Made by a program: the position numbers and the translations under genes
Part shown: positions 29,808 through 38,970 of the stretch, in pieces
Numbering within the stretch: the stretch's first letter is position 1
Layout of the letters: each line of letters starts with the position of its first letter
The notes under the pieces: model-generated
Told to the model about the DNA's origin: nothing
The model's input: the letters and a program-made list of their open reading frames with translations, nothing else
The model's database searches: none
From: an uncultured Rhodospirillaceae bacterium
Lineage (GTDB): Bacteria > Pseudomonadota > Alphaproteobacteria > UBA9219
NCBI GenBank assembly: GCA_964453225.1
Contig: CAYVNS010000009.1
Location: forward strand, 6,794 to 70,793
Direction of reading: 5' to 3'
DNA: 64,000 nt

Positions 29808-30947
29808 GTGATGGCTAAAAAAGATTATTATGATTTGTTGGGCCTTTCCCGGGGAGCCTCCGCGGATGAGATAAAAAAGGCCTATCGCAAGCTGGCGATG
29901 CAGCATCATCCGGATCGCAACCACGGCAATGCCGAAGCCGAGCACAAATTTAAGGAAGTCAACGAGGCGTATGAGGTGCTGCACGACGACCAAAAGCGCG
30001 CGGCTTATGATCGCTTCGGCCATGCGGCTTTCGAGCAAGGCGGCATGGGGGGCGGCCCCGGCTTCGGCGGTTTCGATTTCGGCGCGGGTTTCAGCGATAT
30101 TTTCGACGAAATGTTCGGCGAAATTCTGGGCGGCGGACGGCGCGCGCCGCAGCCGTCCTCCCAGCGCGGGGCCGATCTGCGCTACGATATGGACATAACG
30201 CTGGAAGAAGCTTTTACCGGCGTCACCAAGAAAATCACGATTCCCAATTCCGTCGCGTGCGAAGCGTGCAAAGGGTCCGGCGCGGCCCCCGGCACCACCC
30301 CTTCGGAATGCGGCATGTGCAAGGGGCATGGGCGCGTGCGCGCGCAGCAGGGCTTTTTTACGATTGAGCGCGCATGCCCGACCTGCCAGGGCGTGGGGCG
30401 GGTCATTCAGAATCCTTGCAAGGTTTGCGCCGGGCAAGGGCGCGTGCATCAGCAGCGCACGCTTGCGGTTCAAATTCCTGCGGGAGTCGAGGACGGCATG
30501 CGCATTCGCCTTGCCGGCGAAGGTTCGGCCGGCATTCGCGGCGGGCATCCGGGCGATCTGTACGTCATTATCGGAGTCGAACAGCACAAGATTTTCCAAC
30601 GGGACGGCGCGAATTTGTATTGCCGCGTCCCCATTGCGATGACGACGGCCGCGTTGGGCGGCGTGGTCGAGGTGCCGACCGTCGACGGCGGAGTCGCCGA
30701 GGTCAAGGTGGATTCCGGCACGCAGACAGGGCATCGGGCGCGCCTGAAGCATCGGGGCATGTCGGTCGTGCGCAGCGCATCGCGCGGGGATTTCTATGTC
30801 GAACTGGTTGTCGAGACGCCCGTTCATATGACCAAAAAACAAAAAGAGCTTTTAACCGAATTCGCCGCCGAGGCCGGGGAGCATAAAACGCATCCCGAGA
30901 GCGAAGGCTTCATGGCAAGGGTTAAAGAAGCCTTGGGAAGGAAATAA
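29808..30947 (+). CDS. dnaJ: Molecular chaperone DnaJ
   Basis: J-domain with the HPD motif ([34 protein letters not shown]), a G/F-rich region, and four CxxCxGxG zinc-finger repeats. Confidence 0.95.
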   Translation: MMAKKDYYDLLGLSRGASADEIKKAYRKLAMQHHPDRNHGNAEAEHKFKEVNEAYEVLHDDQKRAAYDRFGHAAFEQGGMGGGPGFGGFDFGAGFSDIFDEMFGEILGGGRRAPQPSSQRGADLRYDMDITLEEAFTGVTKKITIPNSVACEACKGSGAAPGTTPSECGMCKGHGRVRAQQGFFTIERACPTCQGVGRVIQNPCKVCAGQGRVHQQRTLAVQIPAGVEDGMRIRLAGEGSAGIRGGHPGDLYVIIGVEQHKIFQRDGANLYCRVPIAMTTAALGGVVEVPTVDGGVAEVKVDSGTQTGHRARLKHRGMSVVRSASRGDFYVELVVETPVHMTKKQKELLTEFAAEAGEHKTHPESEGFMARVKEALGRK

Positions 30948-30949
30948 GG

Positions 30950-31849
30950 ATGACCCAGAAAGCCGCGATGCTTTATGGCTTGGGAGCTTTCTTTATCTGG
31001 GTCGTTGTCGATACGGCGATAAAACTTGGCAGTCAAGCGAACCTCTCGCCTTTTCTGATTATGAGCGTCATGGGAACCGTAGCTGCGCTTACACTCGCGG
31101 CGCATGCCTATTTTTCGGACAGGATCGATTTTTTGCTGCCTCGCAGCCCGCGCCAACAAGCCTTTATAGGGCTTTGCAGCATCGGCATCAATATCGCCAA
31201 TATTGTCGCGCTCAAGCATCTCCCCCTGACGATGTTCTATATCGTCGCTTTTACGGCGCCGCTTGTCATCGCCGTGCTTTCGGCGGCGCTAAAACATGAA
31301 AACCTCGGCTTTATAAAAATCGTTTGCCTGATTGCGGGTTTTTTGGGGGTTGTCCTTGCGTTCGGATTCGAAAGGGGAGCGGGCGACGTCACCGGCTATG
31401 TTGCGGCCTTCGTCGGCGTTTTCTGCTTTACGTTGTTGACCCTAGCCATTCGTAAGCTGCCGGAGTCGGACAGCGCCGAAAGCACCGCCTTTATGAGCGC
31501 CTTATGCGTAAGCGGGGCAGGATTGCTGGGCCTTTTTTTACAGCCGTGGGGGGCGCCGGAAGGGCGCGCTTCGATCATGATGGTTATCGCGGGGATTATC
31601 AACGCCCTTGCCAACATCCTGTTTAATCAGGCGCTTAAAAACACCGTTTCGACGAATGTGGCGCAGCTGCATTATACGCAAATTATTTTCGGCGCGGTGT
31701 TCGCCTATTTTCTCTGGCACGAAATTCCGACATGGAATTTGGTCGCCGGGTCCGCGATCATCATCGTCTCGGGTATGATCGTCGCCGCGGAGGCCCATAA
31801 AAGCCAAAGCTTGTCCGGGCGCGCGGGCCTGGGGCAGGGCGGCCAATGA
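30950..31849 (+). CDS. DMT superfamily (EamA-like) transporter
   Basis: 10-TM protein with duplicated EamA halves. The stop overlaps the start of the next paralog (caATGAcg). Confidence 0.8.
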   Translation: MTQKAAMLYGLGAFFIWVVVDTAIKLGSQANLSPFLIMSVMGTVAALTLAAHAYFSDRIDFLLPRSPRQQAFIGLCSIGINIANIVALKHLPLTMFYIVAFTAPLVIAVLSAALKHENLGFIKIVCLIAGFLGVVLAFGFERGAGDVTGYVAAFVGVFCFTLLTLAIRKLPESDSAESTAFMSALCVSGAGLLGLFLQPWGAPEGRASIMMVIAGIINALANILFNQALKNTVSTNVAQLHYTQIIFGAVFAYFLWHEIPTWNLVAGSAIIIVSGMIVAAEAHKSQSLSGRAGLGQGGQ

Positions 31850-32772
31850 CGCAGCCCCAAGCCATGCTTTGCGGCCTCGCCGGTTTCTTTTTGTGGGTGC
31901 TCGTCGATGTGGCGATGAAAATCAGCAGCATGGGGCAGAGCGCGCTTTCGCCTTTCGTGATTGTCGCGGCGATGGGCTTGTTCGGCGGCGCGAGCCTTGT
32001 TCTTGTGTAGGCCATGAAGCGCGATCTTGGCGCTTTGCGTCCCCCGAACGCACGGGCGCAGATTTGGATCGGCGTGTGCTCGATCGTGATTAATTACGCC
32101 AACGTCATTGCCTTGAAGCATCTGCCGATCACGATGTTTTATGTCGTCGTTTTTACGATTCCTCTAATGATTGCCGTTTTGTCCGCGCTTTTTAAGCACG
32201 AGGTTTTGACGCGCGTTAAAATCGCCTGTCTGCTTGCGGGCTTCGCCGGCACGGCTTTTGCCCTCGGCCTGAAGGGCGGCGGGGGCGACGGGGTTGGTTA
32301 TCTGGCGGCCTTTATCAGCGTGACCTGTTTTGCGATGTACACGCTTTTGCTTCGCCAAATCGCCAAAACGGCGTCGACCGAAAGCACGCAGCTTATCATG
32401 AGCCTTTTCCTTGGCGTTTTCGGCCTTGCGGGGGCTTTGATCGAGCGGCCCGGCATTCCCGAGCCGTGGTTTCTGGCGATGATGATGTCGGCGGGATGCC
32501 TGAACACCATCGGCGGCATCATGTACAATATCGGGATCAGGAATACCGCGTCGACGAATGTGGCGCAGCTTCATTATACGCAGATTATTTTCGGCGCGAT
32601 CTTCGGCTATTTCCTGTGGCATGAAGTGCCGACATGGAATTTGGTTGTCGGTTCGATCATTATCGTCGTGTGCGGCCTTATCGTGGGGGCGGAGGCGCAT
32701 AAGAGAGATCGTCGCAAGGCGCGTGAGGCGAAGAAGCAGGCAGGAGCTTATACCAAGGGCCATAAATTTTGA
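31846..32772 (+). pseudogene. DMT (EamA-like) transporter, tandem paralog interrupted by an in-frame TAG at 32008-32010
   Basis: Reading from the ATG at 31846 gives MTQPQAMLCGLAGFFLWVLVDVAMKISSMGQSALSPFVIVAAMGLFGGASLVLV, then TAG, then in the same frame AMKRDLGALRPP...(32014-32772). The whole is colinear with the upstream paralog, and the stop aligns to a His/Tyr position. Confidence 0.65.
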
Positions 32773-32805
32773 CTCGCATGCGTTTTTAAAGAAAATTTAT
32801 GGCCT

Positions 32806-32848
32806 TCCGCCGCATAAGCGGCGGCCTCGGCAGTCGCCTCGGATACCA
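32806..32848. repeat. REP-like element, family 5, copy 2
   Basis: ttccgccgcataagcggcggcctcggcagtcgcctcggatacc. It differs from the copy at 11778-11821 at one position. Confidence 0.7.
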
Positions 32849-32886
32849 ACGGACTTTGGGGGGGGCAGAATCTAAGGCCGTTGGTA

Positions 32887-33474
32887 TTAGGCCGATTTTG
32901 GGGGGAGGCGGGCGAGAAATTCCGCATGCCTTTTTGAAAGCAGCAGATCGACGGAATCGGCAAGGGCGGAAAGCAGCGGCTCAAGCCATTTTTTATCGGC
33001 TTTGGCAAAGGGATGCAGGACGTAATTGGTTACGGCGTCGCCCTTTACGGCCACGCCTTCGCTTGTCATCGGCCTACCGATCCCCAGCCGGACGCGCCAG
33101 TAATCCTTGCCGATGTGGGCGTCCAGCGATTTCAGGCCGTTGTGCCCCGCCGCGCCGCCGCCTTGCTTGATTTTGATTTGTCCCGGCAGAAGGTCGAGAT
33201 CGTCATGAAAGACGATCACCTGCGGGGCGTCGAGCTGATAGAACTGCATAGCCGCCAGCGCGGATTCGCCCGACAGGTTCATGAACGTCTGGGGCTTGAG
33301 AAGGATAAAATTATCCGCGCCGGTAACAAGGCCTTTGAACTTTTTCTTCCACGCGGGGCAACGCTCACGCGCCGCGATTTCATCGACGGCCATGAAGCCG
33401 ACGTTGTGCCTCGTTGAGACATACGCATCCCCCGGATTGCCAAGGCCGATAAGGAGATGAGCGGGGTGAGACAT
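32887..33474 (-). CDS. pth: Peptidyl-tRNA hydrolase
   Basis: MSHPAHLLIGLGNPGDAYVSTRHNVGF... with the catalytic His in the HNVGF context. Confidence 0.9.
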   Translation of the reverse strand: MSHPAHLLIGLGNPGDAYVSTRHNVGFMAVDEIAARERCPAWKKKFKGLVTGADNFILLKPQTFMNLSGESALAAMQFYQLDAPQVIVFHDDLDLLPGQIKIKQGGGAAGHNGLKSLDAHIGKDYWRVRLGIGRPMTSEGVAVKGDAVTNYVLHPFAKADKKWLEPLLSALADSVDLLLSKRHAEFLARLPPKSA

Positions 33475-33564
33475 GAGGATCAGAAAAGCCGGGATTCAAA
33501 GGGTCGGTAATCTTACACGCTTTTTGAAAAATTCCGAACGATGAATCCCGCCTTTCCTTCGTGT

Positions 33565-34305
33565 TTATTTCTTGGCTTCGGGCTTCTTGGCCGCTGCCGC
33601 GCCGGCCGCAGGGGCCGCCGCGCCAGCTGCCGCAGGCGCTGCCGCGCCGGCTGCAGGGGCCGCTGCGCCGGGCGCTGCCGCCGCCGCCGTCGCCGCCGTA
33701 TCGGTTGCCGCCGCTGCCGCTTCGTTTTCAGAGCGGATGGCGCTTGGGACCGCAATCGTCGCGATCGTGAAGTCTTTTTCCTGCGTCGTCAATTTGACGT
33801 CCTTGGGCAGGTTCAAGGCGCTGAGATGGATGGCGTCGTTGATTTGAAGCCCTTCGAGGCTGACTTCGAAACGGGGCGGAATCTTATCGGGGGCGCAAAG
33901 CACTTCGATCTTATGGTGCACGATATTAAGCGTGCCGCCGCGCTTGATACCCGGCGATTTTTCGCCGTTAATGAACGCCACGGGGATGGACACGCGAACG
34001 CGCGTATGGGCCGAAACGCGCATGAAGTCCACATGCAGGGCGCGGCCGCTGACGGGATCGAACTGGATGTCGCGCGGAAGAACGCGGAACTTCTTGCCGT
34101 CCACGTCGAGATCGAAGAGGCGGGTCATAAAGCCCGACACCTCAATCTGGCGGACGAGAAGTTTGTTTTCCATTGAAATAAGAACCGGGGCTTGCTTGTC
34201 CCCATAGATCACGGCCGGGACATGGCCTGAGGCGCGGATTTTATTGACGACGCTTTTGGTGGATTTGGCGCGGACGGTCGCGGCCATTGAGGTTACTTGG
34301 GTCAT
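33565..34305 (-). CDS. rplY: 50S ribosomal protein L25 / general stress protein Ctc, with an Ala/Pro-rich C-terminal tail
   Basis: L25/Ctc core ...VRAKSTKSVVNKIRASGHVPAVIYGDKQAPVLISME.... The C-terminal tail is AAAAATDTAATAAAAAPGAAAPAAGAAAPAAAGAAAPAAGAAAAKKPEAKK. Confidence 0.9.
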   Translation of the reverse strand: MTQVTSMAATVRAKSTKSVVNKIRASGHVPAVIYGDKQAPVLISMENKLLVRQIEVSGFMTRLFDLDVDGKKFRVLPRDIQFDPVSGRALHVDFMRVSAHTRVRVSIPVAFINGEKSPGIKRGGTLNIVHHKIEVLCAPDKIPPRFEVSLEGLQINDAIHLSALNLPKDVKLTTQEKDFTIATIAVPSAIRSENEAAAAATDTAATAAAAAPGAAAPAAGAAAPAAAGAAAPAAGAAAAKKPEAKK

Positions 34306-34533
34306 TCGTTCTCTCCTTCAAAGCCAATCGGGATGCGGAGAGAAGCAAGGCGCGCGAAAAAGCTGCGCGATCCGGCTGCCCCCTGACAACAAAACCTTTG
34401 GCGTTTTTGTTAAGGCCGACCTCCAGGGGTGTCGGCACGCGAGGGCTAGATAGCAGAAACGAACAAAGGAAGGCCAGCGATTTTTTGTGGAGGCCCGCTT
34501 ACGCGGGCAGGACGGGCCTTTTAAGGGCGAATG

Positions 34534-35481
34534 TTAACTAAAAAGGCTTGAAACCGAGCGTTCCTGGTTAATGCGGATAATGGCCTCGCCCAAAAGCGGC
34601 GCGATGCTGATCTGCTGAATTTTCTTGGCGCCCGTCACATCCGGCGTCGCTTCGATGGAATCCGTAATCACCAGCTTGTTGAGCGAGGATTCGCTCACGC
34701 GCTTGACGGCGGTGCCCGACAGGACGCCGTGCGAGCAGTAAGCCGATACCGATTTCGCGCCCGCTTTCGTCAACGCGCCGGCGGCGTTGCACAGGGTTCC
34801 GGCGCTGTCGACGATGTCGTCGATCATGATGCAATCGCGGCCCGAAACGTCGCCGATGATATTCATGACTTCGGACTCGCCCGCTTTTTCGCGGCGCTTG
34901 TCGATGATCGCCAGGCCCGCATTCAGTTTTTTGGCCATCGCGCGCGCGCGGACGACGCCGCCGACGTCCGGCGAGACGACCGTCAAACCTTCGGGAAGCT
35001 TGCCATGCACGGAGAGCGTATCTTTCACATGGCGCACGAAGACGGGGCCGACGAAAAGATTATCGACGGGAATATCGAAGAACCCCTGAATTTGCCCGGC
35101 GTGAAGATCGAGGGTCAGCACGCGATGCGCCCCCGCGGTCGTCAAAAGATTGGCCACGAGTTTTGCCGTGATCGGCGAGCGCGAGGTTGTTTTGCGGTCC
35201 TGGCGCGCGTAACCGAAATAGGGAATGACCGTCGTGATGCGGCGGGCCGACGCGCGGCGCAGCGTGTCGATCATGATGAGGAGTTCCATCAGCGTGTCGT
35301 TCGCGGGGAAGGACGTGGGCTGGATGATGAAGGCGTCTTCGCCGCGGACGTTTTCAAGAACCTCGAAAAAAATTTCCATGTCCGCGAAACGCCGGATGGA
35401 AGACCGCGTGAGCGAGACGCCCAAATGCTGTGCGATAGCCTCTGCCAGAGGGCGATTGCCGTTGCCCGCGATAAGCTTCAT
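34534..35481 (-). CDS. prs: Ribose-phosphate pyrophosphokinase
   Basis: PRPP synthetase motifs ...[13 protein letters not shown]... and the PRPP-binding loop [12 protein letters not shown]. Confidence 0.95.
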   Translation of the reverse strand: MKLIAGNGNRPLAEAIAQHLGVSLTRSSIRRFADMEIFFEVLENVRGEDAFIIQPTSFPANDTLMELLIMIDTLRRASARRITTVIPYFGYARQDRKTTSRSPITAKLVANLLTTAGAHRVLTLDLHAGQIQGFFDIPVDNLFVGPVFVRHVKDTLSVHGKLPEGLTVVSPDVGGVVRARAMAKKLNAGLAIIDKRREKAGESEVMNIIGDVSGRDCIMIDDIVDSAGTLCNAAGALTKAGAKSVSAYCSHGVLSGTAVKRVSESSLNKLVITDSIEATPDVTGAKKIQQISIAPLLGEAIIRINQERSVSSLFS

Positions 35482-35702
35482 GATGATCCCCGCCTGGTGA
35501 TTACGGGCGAGGATATAACAGCGTCAATGAAGCCTGTAAAGGCGAAGGCGGCGGCAAGCGGCAGAACGTCGTTTGCCAAAGCGCAAACGCGGATATTTAC
35601 AGGGCTTAATTTGTCTGTGGGGCCGAAAGGGCCGATAAAATTTGGACTTTTTCGCAATTTAGCGCTATGCTTTCCCCTTATATTCCGGATTAAAGGCGTT
35701 CC

Positions 35703-36596
35703 ATGTCCCTCAAAAACGTTACCGTTAACCCCGACAAGCAGGCTTTGGCCGATCTGCGCGCGCAGATTGATCGCATCGATGCCGTTTTGCATGATCTCTT
35801 GCGCGAGCGGGCCGAGGTCATCGACCATGTGCGCAAAATAAAGGGTAAACAGCACATCTATATCCGTCCCGGACGCGAGGCGCAGATGATGCGGACTCTT
35901 TTGGGGCGTCCGCAGGGAAAGCTTCCCGAAGGCCTTGTGGTGCGACTTTGGCGCGAAATTGTTTCGGCCTTTACACTTACCGAGGGTTTATTCAAGGTCG
36001 CCGTGCCGGTGGCGCCGAAAGGCCCCAATTTTTGGGATGTGGCGCGCGACTATTACGGTTCTTTCACCCCCTTACTCGAAGTCCCTTCGGCTGTCGCGGC
36101 GATCAAGGCCGTTCAGGCTGAAAAGGCTGTTCTGGCCCTTGTGCCGTATCCGACGGCAACTGACAAGGAACCCTGGTGGCCGCTTCTGGGGAGCGATAAA
36201 AAGAACACGCTTACCGTCTTTGCCACGATCCCCTTCGAAATCGTGAAAGCCGGGCGAGCCAATGCGAAGCCGGCCCCTATGGGGCTTGTCATCGGCAAGC
36301 TTTATCCCGAATTGACGGGCGACGACCACAGCTTCCTTGCGTTGCAGTGCGTGCATGTTCCCGAAAGCGAGATGAAGCGCTTGCTGGGCAAGGCGGGGTA
36401 TAAAGTCAGGCAGCTTTTGCTGCAAAGCATGGGGCGCGGCGGCTCGGCGCCCACGCTTTATCTGGTCGAAACCGAGGGCTATGTCGGGCGAAGCGATACG
36501 CGCTTGTCGCGCCTGCGCGCCATGCTGGGCAGCCGGTTGCAGCATTTGGCTCCTTTGGGCGGCTATGCCGTTCCCTTGAAATCGGGAAGACGCTGA
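35703..36596 (+). CDS. Chorismate mutase (AroQ class) domain protein with a C-terminal extension
   Basis: N-terminal AroQ motif LADLRAQIDRIDAVLHDLLRERAEV...IYIRPGREAQMMRTLL. The remaining ~200 aa are unassigned; no prephenate dehydratase TRF/ESRP motifs were seen. Confidence 0.6.
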   Translation: MSLKNVTVNPDKQALADLRAQIDRIDAVLHDLLRERAEVIDHVRKIKGKQHIYIRPGREAQMMRTLLGRPQGKLPEGLVVRLWREIVSAFTLTEGLFKVAVPVAPKGPNFWDVARDYYGSFTPLLEVPSAVAAIKAVQAEKAVLALVPYPTATDKEPWWPLLGSDKKNTLTVFATIPFEIVKAGRANAKPAPMGLVIGKLYPELTGDDHSFLALQCVHVPESEMKRLLGKAGYKVRQLLLQSMGRGGSAPTLYLVETEGYVGRSDTRLSRLRAMLGSRLQHLAPLGGYAVPLKSGRR

Positions 36597-36599
36597 AAG

Positions 36600-37337
36600 A
36601 TGACTCAATCTTTTGGGCTTATCGGCGTCGGCGCCTTTGGCGCTTTTGCGGCACGGCATCTGGCGCCGCATTTCGACCTTGTGCTGCATGATCCTTCCGT
36701 TGAACTAAGCGGCTTTGCCAAGGAGATCGGCGCGCGCGTCGGGGATCTTGGCGTGGTCGCGGCGTGCGATATTGTTTTGCTGGCGGTGCCGGTTCAAAAA
36801 ATGCGAAGCGTTCTGGCCGAAATTGCGCCGAAGCTGAAAAGCGGAACGCTGGTGATCGATGTCGCCTCGGTCAAAACGAGGCCCGCCGCGTGGATGGAGG
36901 CGCTTTTGCCCGACGGCGTGGCGATCGTTGGCACGCACCCTCTGTTTGGGCCGCAGAGCGGCAAGCATGGAATTGTGGGATTAAACATCGCCATCTGCGA
37001 GATTCGCGGCGGACGCGGGGACGAGGTCGCGCTTTTCTGCGCCGAAAAAATTGGGCTTCGGATTTTCCGGGTAACCCCGGAAGAACATGATCGCCAGTTA
37101 GCCTATGTGCACGGGCTGACGCATATGATCGGCAAGGTGTTCGTGTTGCTGAATTTGCCGAAGTTCAAGCTGACGACAAAGACCTATGAATTGCTTGACG
37201 AGGCCGTGGATTATATCCGCGACGACTCGGACGAGCTGTTTCAGGCCATTCAATCTGAAAATCCTTTCGCAAACGAAGCCAAGGCTGCGTTCTTTGAGGC
37301 GGCGAAGAAATTGGAGAAGAAACTGGCGGGGAACTAG
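36600..37337 (+). CDS. tyrC: Prephenate/arogenate dehydrogenase (TyrA/TyrC family)
   Basis: NAD-binding GLIGVGAFGAFAARHL and catalytic-region VGTHPLFGPQSG pattern. Confidence 0.8.
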   Translation: MTQSFGLIGVGAFGAFAARHLAPHFDLVLHDPSVELSGFAKEIGARVGDLGVVAACDIVLLAVPVQKMRSVLAEIAPKLKSGTLVIDVASVKTRPAAWMEALLPDGVAIVGTHPLFGPQSGKHGIVGLNIAICEIRGGRGDEVALFCAEKIGLRIFRVTPEEHDRQLAYVHGLTHMIGKVFVLLNLPKFKLTTKTYELLDEAVDYIRDDSDELFQAIQSENPFANEAKAAFFEAAKKLEKKLAGN

Positions 37338-37344
37338 GCCGACT

Positions 37345-37929
37345 TTAGGGAGAAGGCTTTGCCGCGTTATGTGACGCCGCCGGATCCAAGCGCGCGCCGT
37401 AGCCGCTGAGGAAGAATTGATCCATGAGAGCCTTGGTCGGAATCAAGAACATCGCATGCTGCTCCGGCAACAGGGGGGAAAAGCGTTCATGTAATCCAAA
37501 AGTTTGATGGTTTGGATCAATAAAACAGGTTTTGGCCGCATCCCGGCCGACATTTACACAATGAAAAATATCGGAAGCGGCGCAAATCTCCATGCAGATG
37601 GCATTTCGCAAAAGCGCTTTATTTTCAAATGGCACATTCGCCGGGAACAGAGACGTGTTCTGTTCAGCCATTTTCAGAAAACCATCTTTGATAAATTCCT
37701 TCACGGCGTTCGCGTAGAGGGAGGGGAAGAACTGATTTGATTGCAAGGGAATTCCGTCTAAAAAAACCTCAAGTGCAGGATCGGCGTTTTTAATAGCAGC
37801 CGCAACCGCGTGTATAATGGTTCCTGCCTTAGGATAAGCGTATTGTTGAAGGTGTTCGTTTATGTCTTTTGTGCCTATGATTTTGTCATTGCCAGTAAAT
37901 GAATTTTTATGCATCAGTTCTCTCCACAA
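37345..37929 (-). CDS. Hypothetical protein in an AT-rich island
   Basis: 194-aa ORF (likely start at MHKNSFTG...). Its composition is noticeably more AT-rich than the flanking genes. No family signature was recognised. Confidence 0.5.
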   Translation of the reverse strand: MWRELMHKNSFTGNDKIIGTKDINEHLQQYAYPKAGTIIHAVAAAIKNADPALEVFLDGIPLQSNQFFPSLYANAVKEFIKDGFLKMAEQNTSLFPANVPFENKALLRNAICMEICAASDIFHCVNVGRDAAKTCFIDPNHQTFGLHERFSPLLPEQHAMFLIPTKALMDQFFLSGYGARLDPAASHNAAKPSP

Positions 37930-38082
37930 ATATTCTAATAAATTTATACATAAATAGTTGAAAAACAGAAACTTGAAAAGGCTTTACTTGCTTTTCATAA
38001 AACGGCGCAACCTTTTAACAGTTAACCCTTTAACCATAAAAATTATTTATTAGGTTTCGCATTTTTTTGATAAAAAAACATT

Positions 38083-38913
38083 ATGAAACGCGCGGGCATT
38101 CGAAAGCATTCGGGAGAATTACTCGAAGGAGAAGTCGGGGGAAATATCGTGTTCCCTACGTATACGGTTGCGGACGCAAGGCTTTTGAGCGGCGGCTTTC
38201 CGATATGCAAATGCTGCGGCAACCGCGTTTATTTTGCGGACGAGATTCAAGAGACCGAGGGCAAAGAGCCGCGCGCGTTTCACCATAAACCAAAAGATGT
38301 GGATAGTTGCCTGGTCGCAACCCGCGACGAACTTGCGTCTTTGCCCCCAAGCTCGTTGACGGCGTGCGACCGCCTTCGGCTGGAGCGCGTGAGCTTTGTC
38401 ATTGGCAGAAACGAACTTGACTTCAGGTGCATACCGGAAAATTTGATCGCCACGTCGGCGTATGATTATGAAAGGGCTTATCAAGATATGGTTTGCCAGA
38501 TCGCCTCGGGGGAGGAACTGGAGCGGGCTTTGGAGCGGGCCTATATAACGCAGCCGCAGCTTCTTTCCATAAAAGGCCTTGACCCCGAGAGCGCGCATCG
38601 TGTGGGCCTGTTCCTTGCGGGATCCTACCGAAGACAGGGCAGAAGAAACGCGCGCTGCACGTTTATTCCGGACGGCGACGTAAATTATATCCAAACGGAG
38701 GCGGGGCGTATGCTGGGCAGGCGGGAGAAAGACTATGCGGCCTGGGCTCCCGCGAAATTGCATGTGTTTTTTGTTAATCGTGACGGCCTGAGGCCCGTTT
38801 ACTGGAACGGCGACAGGGAAAAGGCCAAAAGCTTTGTCTTTCCGCTTCAGCGGCGTGCGCCGGTCTACTCGATCGATCCTTTTTATAGAAGAAACGCCCC
38901 TGTTCACACTTGA
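38083..38913 (+). CDS. Hypothetical protein with an N-terminal Cys-cluster (possible zinc-ribbon), in an AT-rich island
   Basis: 276-aa ORF with the CKCCGNRVYF...HHKPKDVDSC motif. An alternative GTG start at 38148 is preceded by gaaggag/ggggga. It is transcribed divergently from the 37345-37929 gene across a 150-bp region that is >75% AT. Confidence 0.5.
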   Translation: MKRAGIRKHSGELLEGEVGGNIVFPTYTVADARLLSGGFPICKCCGNRVYFADEIQETEGKEPRAFHHKPKDVDSCLVATRDELASLPPSSLTACDRLRLERVSFVIGRNELDFRCIPENLIATSAYDYERAYQDMVCQIASGEELERALERAYITQPQLLSIKGLDPESAHRVGLFLAGSYRRQGRRNARCTFIPDGDVNYIQTEAGRMLGRREKDYAAWAPAKLHVFFVNRDGLRPVYWNGDREKAKSFVFPLQRRAPVYSIDPFYRRNAPVHT

Positions 38914-38970
38914 TTTTTAGGCGTTTTGCCGTCATCAAAGCTCTATCCAACATAGCCAAAGCGAGACCAC

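Noticed and set aside
33513-34176. Several long ORFs (80-211 aa) on both strands, rich in Arg/Ala/Pro
   Set aside because: They overlap rplY and its GC-rich Ala/Pro-tail coding repeats (gccgccgcaggcgctgcc...). These are shadow ORFs created by repetitive GC-rich codons, not genes.
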